IMG/VR virus record: IMGVR_UViG_3300013296_000001
Coordinates: 4,211 to 68,210 of that record
DNA length: 64,000 bases
Reading direction: 5' to 3' (one strand)
From: a virus
Shown piece by piece: positions 37,100-46,612 of the stretch (the stretch's first letter is position 1; the number at the start of each line of letters is the position of its first letter). The position numbers and the translations under genes are program-made. Under the pieces are notes generated by a model. That model saw only the letters and a program-made list of their open reading frames with translations, was not told the origin of the DNA and searched no databases.

Positions 37100-37545
37100 C
37101 CGCTGTCGCCCTCCAACTTGGCCAACTTGTCTTGGAGAGATGCAATCGTCTTGCGGATGTCGTCCGGTGACTGTTCCTTCTCGTCCAGATCGGATACTCT
37201 CTTGATCCAGTCGAACATTTCCTTGACGATGCGCGTCGGCATCTTCTGGATTCGTTCGAGTGGCACCTTGACGGGCGTCTGACCACTCATCAGGCAGGTT
37301 GTACCGTCGTTACCTTGAGTCTCGAAAAGGCATTCGTGGACTACAGCGGCTTGAATGTCGGCAATCTCGCTGCCAATGCCGCTTACCTTACCATCTACCA
37401 ACCGTAGCGACCTTGTAGCCATCCCTCGATAAACACGACTGGCGCTCTCTGTTGCTTCTGTGAGAAGGAACCGAGCGCCTTTGTACTTGACCGTCTTAAC
37501 CTGGATAACCACGTCGTCATAATCGAACGTCGGATCATTCGCCAT
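37045..37545 (-). CDS. Tail assembly chaperone (G)
   Basis: Between the major tail and tape measure genes; GGGAG RBS before ATG 37545. Confidence 0.75.
   Translation of the reverse strand: MANDPTFDYDDVVIQVKTVKYKGARFLLTEATESASRVYRGMATRSLRLVDGKVSGIGSEIADIQAAVVHECLFETQGNDGTTCLMSGQTPVKVPLERIQKMPTRIVKEMFDWIKRVSDLDEKEQSPDDIRKTIASLQDKLAKLEGDSGPKALSDGSTQTSDSAQG
37093..37099 (-). other. -1 ribosomal frameshift heptamer C CCA AAA
   Basis: GGC CCA AAA GCC shifts to CCC AAA AGC CTT, joining the downstream ORF. Confidence 0.75.
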
Positions 37546-37695
37546 TGGGGCCGCACTCCCAAATTGAAGGTTACTGTTACCGAATTTTTGATCAAATTTC
37601 TCTGGAAGAAAAGCAAGAGGATGACATAGAGGGTGGTGGTCCTCTCCGACCGGCTCTCCACAACACTTATAGAACTCGGTCGGTGGCCACATAGG

Positions 37696-38226
37696 TTACG
37701 TCCCTGCAACGCTCGTCAATACCGGACCGGCTTCTACCTTGTTGGTTGGATCGAAGTTAGTCGGTACGATCGTCACTGTCACCGTCGGAGGATTACCTTC
37801 CGTCTGAGCGTCGAACTCGGCTTTTTGCCAGTAGCCGTAAAACGCCAGCGTGCTACCGTCGTTATAGCGGTTCGTCAGTGTCGTCTCTCGGTTGAGGATG
37901 GCGATAATCTGGCTGTAGCACGCCGGATCATACTGGTACTTGACGGGGAACGGCGTCAACGTCTGGAGAACACGAGGAGCCATCGTGCGGTATAGCACGT
38001 TCTCTTGCGTCGTTGTGTCGATCGGATCACCGCCGTCGATCCCTGGAAATCCTGTCTCCGTGGCCCATAGGCTGATATCCGTGTCGAGTGCGTTCGTGTG
38101 GAATACCTGCGGTCCGCCTGTTTTGAGACGGATACCGGCCGGCGCGACGTGAGCCACAGGACTCGGAGCTGTGGCGAGGTAGATCAGTAGAGCCAGCCCG
38201 AGAGCTAGGACAACGGTGAAGATCAT
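37696..38226 (-). CDS. Major tail protein
   Basis: PGIDGGDPIDTTT...YRTMAPRVLQTL...YDP...STLAFYGY; position before the chaperone. Confidence 0.75.
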   Translation of the reverse strand: MIFTVVLALGLALLIYLATAPSPVAHVAPAGIRLKTGGPQVFHTNALDTDISLWATETGFPGIDGGDPIDTTTQENVLYRTMAPRVLQTLTPFPVKYQYDPACYSQIIAILNRETTLTNRYNDGSTLAFYGYWQKAEFDAQTEGNPPTVTVTIVPTNFDPTNKVEAGPVLTSVAGT

Positions 38227-38434
38227 TAAACTCTCTCCAGATAGTGACACGGGGGTTAGGGCGAAATTTTGATCAAAATTCTCTGTACTCATTTCGTAAG
38301 CGAGGATTCTTACGATGTTCTTCCAGCATTCGACCGACTTCAATCCATCCGCACACACGTCTTGACAGAAACGCGAGAGCCATTGCAGCAGCGAACTTCC
38401 CATAGACCACAATGTATGTGGGGTCCATATGTGA

Positions 38435-39076
38435 CTACTCACTAGGTCGCTGGCTGATACTCGCCATCAAGTTCATCGTGACGATATACCGCTTGCTCGT
38501 TGCGTCGTGTCCGAGGACCATAGGCTTGCCCCGACGCACGATCGAATTGACAAGGTACGTCGTGCCGTCAATCACCACGTCGCGGTTGAACATGCCGTCA
38601 AGAGCGATGGCGATGTTCGCCGCTTTGGCGTAGGCTTCATCCGACCGTCTAGCGCGGACTCTCAGTTGTACGCCGTACAGTTCACTCCGCGGGCCGACTT
38701 GCACCCGTCCCAAATCCTGCCCTTCCGTGTCTTGTGTAACGATGACGTAATCAGGAGAGTCGGGTTCGTTAGGGCTGTACCCTTTCCAGATGTCTCCGGC
38801 CATTGATTCTGCTACCGTACCTATGTACCCTAAATCTTGAATGAGTTTCAAGACGATACGCGCCGGCGGGTGGCTTGACACGTTGGGTGAGTTGTCGTCG
38901 TATGGCGGAAGTGGTCCCGTCCCTCCACCAATTAGCGTTCCTGTGTATAGTCCGTTGCCATAGACGACACCTAATCGCACGTCCGACTCGGCGGGATAAT
39001 CACACAATCCCCCACCCCCTGACCCCAGAGAGAAGGGTGGTGCAACCGGAAGTATGGCTAGGATATCGACAGACAT
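38435..39076 (-). CDS. Tail terminator/completion protein with N-terminal extension
   Basis: EPDSPDYVIVTQDT...YGVQLRVRARR...AYAKA pattern. Confidence 0.6.
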   Translation of the reverse strand: MSVDILAILPVAPPFSLGSGGGGLCDYPAESDVRLGVVYGNGLYTGTLIGGGTGPLPPYDDNSPNVSSHPPARIVLKLIQDLGYIGTVAESMAGDIWKGYSPNEPDSPDYVIVTQDTEGQDLGRVQVGPRSELYGVQLRVRARRSDEAYAKAANIAIALDGMFNRDVVIDGTTYLVNSIVRRGKPMVLGHDATSKRYIVTMNLMASISQRPSE

Positions 39077-39132
39077 TTTTGATCAAAATTCTCGTTCTAG
39101 TTGCTTTGGTTAATTGACCAATAGATTTATTA

Positions 39133-40179
39133 TCATGTCGCTTTATTTATCGTATCCACACCTGTCGCGCTGGTGAACGTCTGAGTTGTCTGAGCCGTGC
39201 TACCAGTTCCTTGCATGACCTTGACTGTACCAGCGTTGTCATCCTTGACCACCTTGCCGAAGAACCGCTCCCATACTTGCAGTACCTTCTCTCGGAACGT
39301 GGTGGCGAGTGCTGTGGGGGATGTAGCGCTGATTTGATCTAGTCCGGTAGCCGCTAGTACAACTCCGGTAGCCGCAGTGATATTGGTGGGTGTGGCCAGT
39401 CCGGATTGAATCTTGGTCACGGCGTCGGCCTTCACACCCGTAGCGGATATCCAGTCCGTAGGGATTGCCGGTAGTGTGATAGCATTGGTGACACTCTGCA
39501 CGTCAAACGTGCCGCCGTTATAAGCACTTGTCATCACCGCCAGAGCATCGGCGTTGTTAGTAACTCCGCTGATGGCCAGCACATTCGCCCCGACGACCGC
39601 CGACCCGGCGTACACACTATCCCACTGGATGACATTCACACTACCATCGGGTAGAATTGAGAATGTCGTAGTGCCGTCGGGGTTTGTGGTCCAGTTGATA
39701 CCGACTGTGGCAACCTTCGTGGAGCCTACGTACCCGGTAATCACCCGGTCTTGTCCGGCCCCTGTGCCGCCGGTGAGAAACACTCTCTGACGCTTGTAGA
39801 AGTTGTCTACTGCTGATGCACCCGAGTCGAGTGTAATTGTACTCGATGCACCAGCTTGAGCGGTTCCGGTCCTCACCGAGTCTCTACGTACTTGAAACGA
39901 TCCTATCTTACATTTGGCAGCAACCCCACCGATCGTAGCCGATGCAATGACGTTGTAAGACTTACCAGCCTCAAACCCGTTTGCTGCCGTACATGCAACA
40001 GGGACACGGTAATTACCCGTCTTGCTCGTCCTTTTCGTGACAGTGAGGGCAACTACCGTAGTATCGGTAGCATTCTCGAAGACTTCGGCAGTAGGTGTAC
40101 TGTCGGCGTCCGCCGCCGCTCCAGTGGCATCTGACGTGATGAAGTCAAGATAGATCGTTTCTTCAAGACTCGGTGTCAT
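39133..40179 (-). CDS. Putative virion fibre/baseplate protein
   Basis: DFITSDATGAAADADSTP N-terminus; TITL..AS..DNFY...GTGAGQ.R.I..Y.G.TKVATV repeat unit. Confidence 0.55.
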   Translation of the reverse strand: MTPSLEETIYLDFITSDATGAAADADSTPTAEVFENATDTTVVALTVTKRTSKTGNYRVPVACTAANGFEAGKSYNVIASATIGGVAAKCKIGSFQVRRDSVRTGTAQAGASSTITLDSGASAVDNFYKRQRVFLTGGTGAGQDRVITGYVGSTKVATVGINWTTNPDGTTTFSILPDGSVNVIQWDSVYAGSAVVGANVLAISGVTNNADALAVMTSAYNGGTFDVQSVTNAITLPAIPTDWISATGVKADAVTKIQSGLATPTNITAATGVVLAATGLDQISATSPTALATTFREKVLQVWERFFGKVVKDDNAGTVKVMQGTGSTAQTTQTFTSATGVDTINKAT

Positions 40180-40230
40180 ATATGGTAGCCTTTACTAGAC
40201 TCTCGACAATTTTGATCAAAATTCTGTGCG

Positions 40231-42513
40231 TTACTGAAGACTGCGAATCAAAGGGGAGCCGATCATCGGCACCGGGCCGGACCCGCCGCCCGCCGGGACC
40301 ATCGACCGCTGGTAGCCGGTCGCCCAGATGTACTGCAATTCTTGCTGCCCGGTCGAGTCCGGGTGTACTTCGTCCGCCAGCCGGTTCGGGTTGGTGCGGA
40401 AGTAGTCGAACGCCCGGTCCGACCCAGCGAAGATGTTAGTTCCGTCGGCGAGAGCGGGGATCGAATCTCGGTAGGCGATCAGCCGCCCCACGCACGCCTC
40501 GTCGAACGCCCCGAACGCACCCGGCACGACGTAGGTCGGCCCGTTCAGCAGCACGCGCAACCCCGCGGTCACGCAGTCGGCCGCGATGCCGGCCAGGTTC
40601 GCCGAGAACGCGACGGTGGTCGTGGCGACGGCCGTCTTGGCGTCGTTCGGCCCGAGCGACACGAATACGTCCGTACTGTTCGCCGCGACGCACGCGGCGA
40701 TGGCGTCCGACAGCCGCGTGGTGCCGCTCTTCCAGTCCTCGGACGTCGTGCCGCCGACCCCCTGGTTGGTGCCGAGCGTGTACAGCGACTCCGGGTCCAG
40801 GTTAGACAGGGCCGTGATAAGGCCTGCCGCCGACCCCATGTTCTCCGTGATCGAGTCGCCGATCAGGCTGACGACGCGGGCGGTGCGGTAGACCCGGGCG
40901 ACCAGCGCCCCCTGGTCGGCGGACTGTGAGCTTAGGGCGGTGGTCGATGCGCCGTCGGTGGCGAGCACGCGAACAAACACATCAGCCGAACCGGGTGTTA
41001 TCGTGAAACTGGTGCCGGAAGTGGTTCCCGCGTGCGTGCCGGTTCCCGGCGCGGTGAACGGGGCCGACGTGTGGTAATACACGTCGTAGGTCTTGCTGCC
41101 GGTCCCGCCAGTGGCCGCACTCCACCCAATAGTTACATCTGTTGTCGTCCGGTCCGTGACCGACAACGCCCCCATGACCAGCGGGGCCGCGTCGGTCGTG
41201 AACTGTGCCGATGACACCACCGACGACTTGTTCCCGGCCGCGTCCTCGTGCATCAGGTGTGCGTAGTAGGACGTGGACGCCGTTAGCCCCGTGGCCGAAA
41301 TCGTCTTCGCCCCGGTCGAACTGACCGACGTGCTGCCGGCGAACACCGCCGCCGAGCCGGACGAGTTCTGCCCGGCCTTGACCTGCGTCGCGGTAGGGGC
41401 CGTGGAGTTCGTAGTCACCACCCCGTACAGGGTGCCGTTCCCCTCGTCCGTTGTCGCCCCGATGGTGGCCGTAGTCGCGCCGGTGGCCGTGCCGACCGGG
41501 CTGGTGAGCGTCGGCGGCGTGGTGTCGCTGACGTTGTTGGTGACAGCCGCCCCGCTGAAGTCCGCGAGGTAGGAGCCGCCGGAGTTCTTGATGTCGTCGG
41601 TGGTGGACGCGCGAGCGTAGCTGTACGTTACCGTGTCGCCGATTGACACGGCGCCGGACAGGGTGAGGGTCAGCGTCGTCCCGCTGATGGCCCACGAGGA
41701 GACGGTAGCCGACGTGCCAGACAGGGTGAAACCGCCGGCCCCGGACGATCCGCCCCCGTCCGCGGTACACCCCGACTCCGAGAGGGTGGCGGTAATGGCC
41801 GTGCCGGACCCGTTCGTGCCCGCCCCCGAGAGAGTCGGCGGGGCGACCGTAGCGTCCTTGATGATGATGCGCGTGTATGCCGCCGCCCCGCCAGTGTCCC
41901 ACGCACCCACGCCCCACCGGCCCGCGGACTGCGACCCGCTACTGTCGCTGAACGTCCGGGTGCCGACCGGCGTTCCGGGGGTTGCGCCGTCCAGGTCGTA
42001 CAAGTTCTGCGTGACGGTCGTGGGGTTGGAGCCGGATAACACCGCCTCAACGCGGTAGCGGTGCCCGGCGTTGATGGCCGCGCCGGTGTCCACGTCCGAC
42101 GGGGAGTTGGCGAAACTCCCATTCTTCTGCATGTACGCGGTGAACGTCGCGGTGGCGAACGCGGTAAACAATACGCCGAGTTCCGACCAGTCGTTGCCGC
42201 TGTTGGCATAGCGGCACGGCACCAGTGTGCGGCCGACGAACCCGGCGGCCAAGTCCGCGGAAATCGAGCCGTCGAGGAGGCTGGCGCCCTCGCCGGACAC
42301 GCTGGAATGCCGCAGGAGGAACGACGTGTTGTAGGCCGCACCGCTATTGGGCACGAGGTTTCCGGAACCGTCGCGGTGCCAGATGCCGCCCTGAAGGTCC
42401 TCCCATTTGTTCGCAGTCCCGACGGTTGCAGTGTCGGCGGCGCCTGTGGTGGTGCCGGCCGCCCCCGCGGACGTGGCACCCCCCGGAAACGTGCCGTCAT
42501 AGAGGACAGTCAC
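40231..42513 (-). CDS. GC-rich multidomain protein: lectin-like, Ig/FN3 and C-terminal SGNH hydrolase
   Basis: LIGDSITE (block I), NQGVGG (II), LGPND (III), DEVHP (V); Ala/Thr/Gly/Ser-rich; much higher GC than its flanks. Confidence 0.75.
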   Translation of the reverse strand: MTVLYDGTFPGGATSAGAAGTTTGAADTATVGTANKWEDLQGGIWHRDGSGNLVPNSGAAYNTSFLLRHSSVSGEGASLLDGSISADLAAGFVGRTLVPCRYANSGNDWSELGVLFTAFATATFTAYMQKNGSFANSPSDVDTGAAINAGHRYRVEAVLSGSNPTTVTQNLYDLDGATPGTPVGTRTFSDSSGSQSAGRWGVGAWDTGGAAAYTRIIIKDATVAPPTLSGAGTNGSGTAITATLSESGCTADGGGSSGAGGFTLSGTSATVSSWAISGTTLTLTLSGAVSIGDTVTYSYARASTTDDIKNSGGSYLADFSGAAVTNNVSDTTPPTLTSPVGTATGATTATIGATTDEGNGTLYGVVTTNSTAPTATQVKAGQNSSGSAAVFAGSTSVSSTGAKTISATGLTASTSYYAHLMHEDAAGNKSSVVSSAQFTTDAAPLVMGALSVTDRTTTDVTIGWSAATGGTGSKTYDVYYHTSAPFTAPGTGTHAGTTSGTSFTITPGSADVFVRVLATDGASTTALSSQSADQGALVARVYRTARVVSLIGDSITENMGSAAGLITALSNLDPESLYTLGTNQGVGGTTSEDWKSGTTRLSDAIAACVAANSTDVFVSLGPNDAKTAVATTTVAFSANLAGIAADCVTAGLRVLLNGPTYVVPGAFGAFDEACVGRLIAYRDSIPALADGTNIFAGSDRAFDYFRTNPNRLADEVHPDSTGQQELQYIWATGYQRSMVPAGGGSGPVPMIGSPLIRSLQ

Positions 42514-42568
42514 CGCTATCGCCTCCCCTGCCGCCGGTCGAATACGAAATTTTGATCAAAATTCTTAT

Positions 42569-42590
42569 AAGAGAAAGGGGATTTCTCCCC
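42569..42590 (-). terminator. GNRA-loop terminator
   Basis: GGGGA-GAAA-TCCCC followed by TTTCTCTT on the minus strand. Confidence 0.55.
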
Positions 42591-42605
42591 CCCTCAATCA
42601 ACTCG

Positions 42606-43004
42606 TTACTTGCCTTGCCGACGTTCCCGAATCATCTTCGCAATCGCAATCACCGTCTGGAAGAGGAATAGAATAGTTGCCGGATCGACTGCCTTCGTAG
42701 GATCAGATTCACCAGCCTCGAATCCAGCCTTAGTAGCTGACTGAAGTGCCTCATTGCTACTGTTGAACTTATTACGGCACTTGCTCTCACATTCGAGAGT
42801 CGATCGGCAAATCTCGTCTAACGGACCGCATACACCACCCTCTACGTCGGCACTCATCAACGGAGCTTGACTCTCTAGCTTGCGAATTAGTGCGGCACTT
42901 TCCTTTGCGTAATCCCCGAAAATATCAAGTGCGTGAGCCGTGTTCTCGTTGATAATCGCGTCTTGAATCGTCTTTGCTAGTTGCAGTAGCTTTGTAAAGT
43001 CCAT
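42606..43004 (-). CDS. Hypothetical protein with hydrophobic C-terminal helix
   Basis: GGAG RBS; ATILFLFQTVIAIAKMI. Confidence 0.6.
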   Translation of the reverse strand: MDFTKLLQLAKTIQDAIINENTAHALDIFGDYAKESAALIRKLESQAPLMSADVEGGVCGPLDEICRSTLECESKCRNKFNSSNEALQSATKAGFEAGESDPTKAVDPATILFLFQTVIAIAKMIRERRQGK

Positions 43005-43131
43005 GTTAGATACTCCGCACGAGTAATTCCGACGATTCCTATAACCGTCGGTCAGTTAATGATTCTACGGACCATCAGGCATTCTCTGGAAGAAAACAGT
43101 AGTGGCGTTGAGTGGCAACCGTATTAGACCA

Positions 43132-43545
43132 CTAACGGAACAGTCCTCTCCGCTGTTGCACTTGTGGTGTGTTGTATGGGCACACTTGCTGCCCCGTTCG
43201 TGGGTCGGTGTAGCACCCTTGCCCGGTGAGCGACTGTTGCGGCTGCATAGTCGGATATACGGTGAACGTTGGTTGCAGGGACGTTGATGGGGTTAGTACG
43301 TTGCTGGGAGACACAACCTTGCTAGTGACACCACACCGACACCCGCCTTGTCCGTCTTGTGGGCAGACGTACTTTGTCTTCCAACACTCACATCCCGGCA
43401 TTCCTGTGCAGTCGCAATTTTGATCAAAATTCTTAGTCACACCCTTCGACGTGCCAGCATATGCCGGCGGTTCACTGTACTGCGGTGGCGATATCTCTAC
43501 CGTTAGAGCGGTTAGAAACATGACAGTTCGGAGTGTCGTTCCCAT
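43132..43545 (-). CDS. Secreted Cys-rich hypothetical protein
   Basis: Signal-like N-terminus; CDCTGMPGCEC. Confidence 0.55.
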   Translation of the reverse strand: MGTTLRTVMFLTALTVEISPPQYSEPPAYAGTSKGVTKNFDQNCDCTGMPGCECWKTKYVCPQDGQGGCRCGVTSKVVSPSNVLTPSTSLQPTFTVYPTMQPQQSLTGQGCYTDPRTGQQVCPYNTPQVQQRRGLFR

Positions 43546-43555
43546 GTTGTTACTC

Positions 43556-44416
43556 TTATGGTTGGTAGTTCGGTGGAATCGTCGGGTCTTGCGGGTCTTC
43601 GATTACAGCTTCAATGATGCAACAGTCCGGTTGGTCGCCACCGCCGAATAGGTGGTCCTCGTCAATGTAGACACGTCCGTTGCCGAACGGTCCCCAACTG
43701 CTGTCCCATGAGTTGTGATCGTCCAGCACCCATCGGCCGTCCGGCAGCTTCACTACCCCGTCGGCGTGATTACAATGGTTGCCCGGTCCTCGGTCGTGTC
43801 CAGCCACCCCGTACCGATCGAATGACTGGAAGCTACGTCCGACTTGATAGCCGTACACCGGAATCATCGGCTTGGGCATCAGGAGAGCCGTGATAATCTC
43901 GTCATAGCTGTTCACTTGAAACGCACGAGACAGCTTGAACCGAGCCGCCTCAGCCTTTGCCGCAGACGGCATCCGGCTTTGGTAGATCGGGTCTTGTCCA
44001 ACTGTGGCGAACGTGCAACAACCGACGTTTAGCCCCGCGTCGAGTCCGTCCGAGATAATCGCGCCATTGTCGCTGTTGCCGTTAATGAGCGAGTAAAACC
44101 ACGCCGGGGAGAGTAGTACGGGCTTCATACCGGCGAGGACACGGGCTTTCGACATGCCCATTGCCCACCCGTTACCTACACAACTCCCGTGGCCATTTTG
44201 ATCAAAAGTTCCGAACGCTGCGAACACTGCCCGACGGTTCACTTCAAACCAGTCGGCCCGGTGCATGACGCTGAAGTGATCGGAGAACTTCGGCAGTGCC
44301 TTAAACTTCCCCGGTGTGTCGGGCTTTGAGGCTAGATACCTCTTCTGCCCGTTCACTTCGATGTAGTCAAGGTCTTTCGACGGGTCGTATACAATTCCGC
44401 TTGTTCCGTTGCTCAT
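43556..44416 (-). CDS. Papain-like (C1) cysteine peptidase
   Basis: DQNGHGSCVG (Gln and catalytic Cys), GNHC (His), NSWDSSWG (Asn). Confidence 0.88.
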   Translation of the reverse strand: MSNGTSGIVYDPSKDLDYIEVNGQKRYLASKPDTPGKFKALPKFSDHFSVMHRADWFEVNRRAVFAAFGTFDQNGHGSCVGNGWAMGMSKARVLAGMKPVLLSPAWFYSLINGNSDNGAIISDGLDAGLNVGCCTFATVGQDPIYQSRMPSAAKAEAARFKLSRAFQVNSYDEIITALLMPKPMIPVYGYQVGRSFQSFDRYGVAGHDRGPGNHCNHADGVVKLPDGRWVLDDHNSWDSSWGPFGNGRVYIDEDHLFGGGDQPDCCIIEAVIEDPQDPTIPPNYQP

Positions 44417-45213
44417 GGCTGCATAACCCCCTTAAGAGTGGCGGCGAGAGTCGTATCGTCGTTCGGCAGCTTACCAGAAATCACTACCTTACCGCCCTTG
44501 TCCAGCACGAACACGGCTGGTGGTGTCAGCATCTTGTCTGTCATCATCCGATCATATCCTTTTGATGCTAACTTGTCGGAATCGCTCACCGATCCGTACA
44601 CCCGACATTTACCAGCAGCCTTTAGACTCGTCAGCGTGACACCGGTAGCCACTTCCTCTTGAGCGCGTGTTGGGTTGTTCTCGTCCACAACGACGATAAC
44701 ATAGGCACCAGTCGCAACGGGGGTGGGTTGTGGTGGGACTGGCGGAACTGGTGGTGTCGGTCCGGGGGGTACTGGTGTCGGTGCAACGAGAGGGGCGAAT
44801 TGAACGTGTCCCGTCTTCCTCCCCTTCCGACGTGTGTCGAAGTTAATCAGATCAACCGTTACCGTGTACTTCGTGCCCGGCGTTCCTGAGAAGATGTAGA
44901 TACCCGGCGAGACGTTCGTTACCGTGTCGGGTGGGTCGGGAGACACTTCCCAATCCACTGTATCCCCGTCTTCGTAGTTTACGGCAACTCGCGCTATGTG
45001 GAACGGCTGAACGGGAGTGGCAGAAATCGTCAGCCTGACCGGCGTTGCTACGGGCTTGGTCGGCGTGGGGGTAGGCTTTGGCGCTGGCTGCGGAGGATCG
45101 TCCGCCACAACAGACGGCAAGTACGACACCCGATCTGACAATACCGTAGCCGTGGCACTTGTCAGTAGACCAGTTGCCAGAATTGACAATGCTGTGAGCC
45201 GCACACGAGACAT
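44413..45213 (-). CDS. Secreted protein with Pro-rich linkers, Ig-like domain and thioredoxin-like C-terminus
   Basis: Signal peptide MSRVRLTALSILATGLL; PTPVPPGPTPPVPP linker. Confidence 0.55.
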   Translation of the reverse strand: MSRVRLTALSILATGLLTSATATVLSDRVSYLPSVVADDPPQPAPKPTPTPTKPVATPVRLTISATPVQPFHIARVAVNYEDGDTVDWEVSPDPPDTVTNVSPGIYIFSGTPGTKYTVTVDLINFDTRRKGRKTGHVQFAPLVAPTPVPPGPTPPVPPVPPQPTPVATGAYVIVVVDENNPTRAQEEVATGVTLTSLKAAGKCRVYGSVSDSDKLASKGYDRMMTDKMLTPPAVFVLDKGGKVVISGKLPNDDTTLAATLKGVMQP

Positions 45214-45251
45214 TCTCTTTTCTCCAGAGAGGTAAATTTTGATCAAAATTT

Positions 45252-45785
45252 CTATACAGTCGGTTTATCTGGTTCTGCCTTGTCCGTTCCTTCCTTTCGT
45301 CGTTCTGGACCGACGTACCACCGTCCCGACCCTGGATTGTTCGGGTCACGTCGATCGGGCATCCCGGGCAACCACGGCGGCATGTCATCGTCCGGCCACA
45401 TGCCCATACGCCGGAACGCTGTTTTCATCTGCTCATTCTCTTCCTTAAGCCCTGATATCTGCTGCTCTAACCCGCTGACTTGTGCGAGTCGCTGGTTAAG
45501 CTGTCGAATCTCTTTACGATTATCTGCAATTTCGGCCTTCAGTTCTGACACGTCCTTCTCATGCTGCTGCTTACGTTCGGCAGCAAAATCGCGCCATGCA
45601 TCCGCGGCCGTCTTCGCTTGCTCAGCTTCCCGCTTGACTCGTGTTGACTCGGCGATTTCCCACCGTGTCATCAACTTGTCATATAGGGCATATATGGCAC
45701 TGCCGATGCCGAGAATAGCTGTAGCCGTTACACCGATGTCAGTGGGCGATAACTGTAACTGATCAAACACAATACCCTCCGTCAT
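45252..45785 (-). CDS. Membrane-anchored coiled-coil protein (holin/spanin-like)
   Basis: One transmembrane segment (GVTATAILGIGSAIYALY) then a long coiled coil. Confidence 0.5.
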   Translation of the reverse strand: MTEGIVFDQLQLSPTDIGVTATAILGIGSAIYALYDKLMTRWEIAESTRVKREAEQAKTAADAWRDFAAERKQQHEKDVSELKAEIADNRKEIRQLNQRLAQVSGLEQQISGLKEENEQMKTAFRRMGMWPDDDMPPWLPGMPDRRDPNNPGSGRWYVGPERRKEGTDKAEPDKPTV

Positions 45786-45823
45786 TTGGTATTGTCACCG
45801 ATACGACTGGTCGGGGGAGAGGA

Positions 45824-46000
45824 TTACATACCCGGGGGAAGCGTGATAGTGCAGTGGCCGTTAGACCCCGGTGGACCATAGGGGGTTATGTCATTACCCT
45901 TTTTCGGATCACAGTGTCGGCCGATGCGTGACGAGAGAATTGTGATTCCGAACGCCACAGCCGCCAGACACAACATGAACAACTGATAGTTCGACATCAT
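45824..46000 (-). CDS. Small membrane protein
   Basis: Hydrophobic N-terminus; GGAAGGA RBS. Confidence 0.45.
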   Translation of the reverse strand: MMSNYQLFMLCLAAVAFGITILSSRIGRHCDPKKGNDITPYGPPGSNGHCTITLPPGM

Positions 46001-46052
46001 TCGTCCTTCCGCGCTAGGGCGAATTTTGATCAAAATTTCAAGACAGTTATAG

Positions 46053-46238
46053 TTACCGCACCAACACTGGTCTACCAAACACTCCGAACAGTGGACCCAA
46101 TACGACGACTACAACAATCAACAGCAGCACTAGCCAGATGATTTGCTTCACGTTCGCTGGTAGCGTTAGGCTGTTGATGATTAGATAGGCTATCGCCGCA
46201 GCTATTGCTACGACTACTAGCCAAAGAATCATGTCCAT
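46053..46238 (-). CDS. Small two-TM protein (holin-like)
   Basis: 61 aa, two very hydrophobic helices. Confidence 0.6.
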   Translation of the reverse strand: MDMILWLVVVAIAAAIAYLIINSLTLPANVKQIIWLVLLLIVVVVVLGPLFGVFGRPVLVR

Positions 46239-46598
46239 TTACGTTTCCTCCACACGGGCGAATGCACTGTCTTTGAGGAACCCCGTATCCACTGGCACTT
46301 CCTCTTGTGATGCGTACATCAACTTCATTCCTGCCCGTAGCATCGCTTCCTTTAACGTCCGTCCGCTCCTCAAGTCTTCCGCAATCTGCTTGCGAAGTTC
46401 TGCCCTCAGTCGGCGGAACGGGTCGATCAGGAATCCCGCCTTGCCGATGTCATGGTGAGCCTGCCTATTCTCATGCACGTATACGGCGTAAGGCGCTTCG
46501 TAGCCTACCTGAGTCGTCGTCACCACTCCACCCGACAGACGGCGCCGACGGTCCCTCAACTGCACCTGTATCTTGTCGAACCCTTGAAGGATCGGCAT
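46239..46598 (-). CDS. HK97 gp10-like tail completion protein
   Basis: VGYEAPYAVYVHE...KAGFL...SQEEVPVDTGFLKDSA. Confidence 0.8.
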   Translation of the reverse strand: MPILQGFDKIQVQLRDRRRRLSGGVVTTTQVGYEAPYAVYVHENRQAHHDIGKAGFLIDPFRRLRAELRKQIAEDLRSGRTLKEAMLRAGMKLMYASQEEVPVDTGFLKDSAFARVEET

Positions 46599-46612
46599 GC
46601 TACACCATCCGT

